64,000 nucleotides of DNA from Vicinamibacteria bacterium. GTDB taxonomy: Bacteria > Acidobacteriota > Vicinamibacteria > Marinacidobacterales > Marinacidobacteraceae. The first letter of the stretch is position 1, and each line of letters opens with the position of its first letter. Positions 63,170-64,000 of this stretch are shown here, in pieces. The translations under genes and the position numbers were made by a program. The notes under the pieces are model-generated. The model made no database searches and had not been told where the DNA came from. It worked only from the letters and a program-made list of their open reading frames with translations. The stretch spans positions 1,792,001-1,856,000 of the forward strand of contig OZ241322.1 of the NCBI GenBank assembly GCA_965199715.1. The letters run 5' to 3'.

Positions 63170-64000
63170 CTACCGGTAGATGTCGAACTGCCGCGTGTAC
63201 TTGACGGTGAGGCTGCGGTTCTGCGGTCCGATGAGCGTGTCGCCGAGTCCTTCGGTGTCGTTGTACACGACGAACAGTCCGGTGCCCGCGGTGTTCAGCC
63301 AGTTGAACCGGACGTTCGACGACCAGACGTCGGCGTCGTCGTTGTACTGGAAGAGCGCCTGCAGGTAGATCAGCGGCGTGAAGTTGTACGCGACCCGGAA
63401 CCGGCCCAGGTTGGCGACGAACGAACCCTCGGCGAGGTCGATGTCGTTGTAGAGCCACGACGCCGAGGTGATGAGCTGCGTGCCCCAGCGGAAGTTGATC
63501 GTGTTGTCGATCGTGCGCTGGTTTCCGGAAAGGAAGCCGCCGTAGTCGAGCCCGCCGGAGTAGGAGAACGCGTCGGCTCGGTTCGTGTTCCATCGCCAGC
63601 CGAGTTGCCAGTGCTCGTAGGTGCCCGTGGGAACCACGATGCCCTCGCGGATCTCGAACGGCTCCCGGAGTCCCTCGGTGACCCGGTTGATCGCCGGGCT
63701 GAGGTACCAGCCGTTCTCGAAATCGAAGTGGCTGTCCACGTGGAGCCGGGCGGTCTCGAGGAAGCCGTCGAGCGTCTTGAAGCCGGAGTAGGTGATGTGG
63801 GGACGCAGCTCCCGGAAGATCGGCGCCCAGTCGGGCCGGTGGTACGAGAAGTAGCCCCAGTCGGTCCCCCGGTAGGCGGTGCGGCGCAGGAACCCGGCCT
63901 CCGGGTTGAAGTTGTCGGCGACCTCGGTGACGCCGTACCAGAGGCGGAGCCGGTTCGAGAAGTACTCGCCCCGGCCGCGCACGGCGTACTGGCCGCCGTC
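63170..64000 (-). CDS. Outer-membrane beta-barrel protein, C-terminal part (DUF5916-like), truncated by window end
   Basis: FNPEAGFLRR, alternating aromatic strands, NVRFNW...GTGLFVVYND, VKYTRQFD. Confidence 0.7.
   Translation of the reverse strand, partial: DGGQYAVRGRGEYFSNRLRLWYGVTEVADNFNPEAGFLRRTAYRGTDWGYFSYHRPDWAPIFRELRPHITYSGFKTLDGFLETARLHVDSHFDFENGWYLSPAINRVTEGLREPFEIREGIVVPTGTYEHWQLGWRWNTNRADAFSYSGGLDYGGFLSGNQRTIDNTINFRWGTQLITSASWLYNDIDLAEGSFVANLGRFRVAYNFTPLIYLQALFQYNDDADVWSSNVRFNWLNTAGTGLFVVYNDTEGLGDTLIGPQNRSLTVKYTRQFDIYR

Overview
High-GC bacterial chromosome segment that is almost all housekeeping genes. Gene order and a Cys-rich insert in RpoB suggest Acidobacteriota (inference). 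Left to right: TPR protein, LolB-position lipoprotein, ispE, tRNA-Gln, prs, rplY, pth, rpsF, rpsR, rplI, dnaB, radA, ispDF, rlmB; the tRNA-Thr/Tyr/Gly/Thr, tuf, rpmG, tRNA-Trp, secE, nusG, rplKAJL, rpoBC cluster; an accessory block at about 24.1-30.5 kb (Tat-signal HisC-like aminotransferase, S8 lipoprotein peptidase, GmrSD-like DUF262 nuclease, frameshifted PIN toxin and small partner); an atypical ychF; the dcw cluster from mraZ to ftsZ plus pgeF; a dnaG-rpoD-tRNA-Ile2 block with zinc-ribbon and radical SAM genes; larB, DUF72, mutM; two Tat-exported oxidoreductases; and a minus-strand operon (outer-membrane barrel, internally duplicated membrane protein, GMC oxidoreductase, Gfo/Idh/MocA oxidoreductase). 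Best leads: (1) a candidate structured small RNA at about 59.83-59.94 kb whose first hairpin loop displays a copy of the 16S anti-Shine-Dalgarno tail; (2) the uncharacterised repeat membrane protein/GMC/Gfo operon; (3) the defence islet; (4) an RpoB D516E-equivalent change; (5) recurring leaderless and extended -10 promoters. Everything was read by eye from the sequence and ORF track; no searches or folding programs were run.
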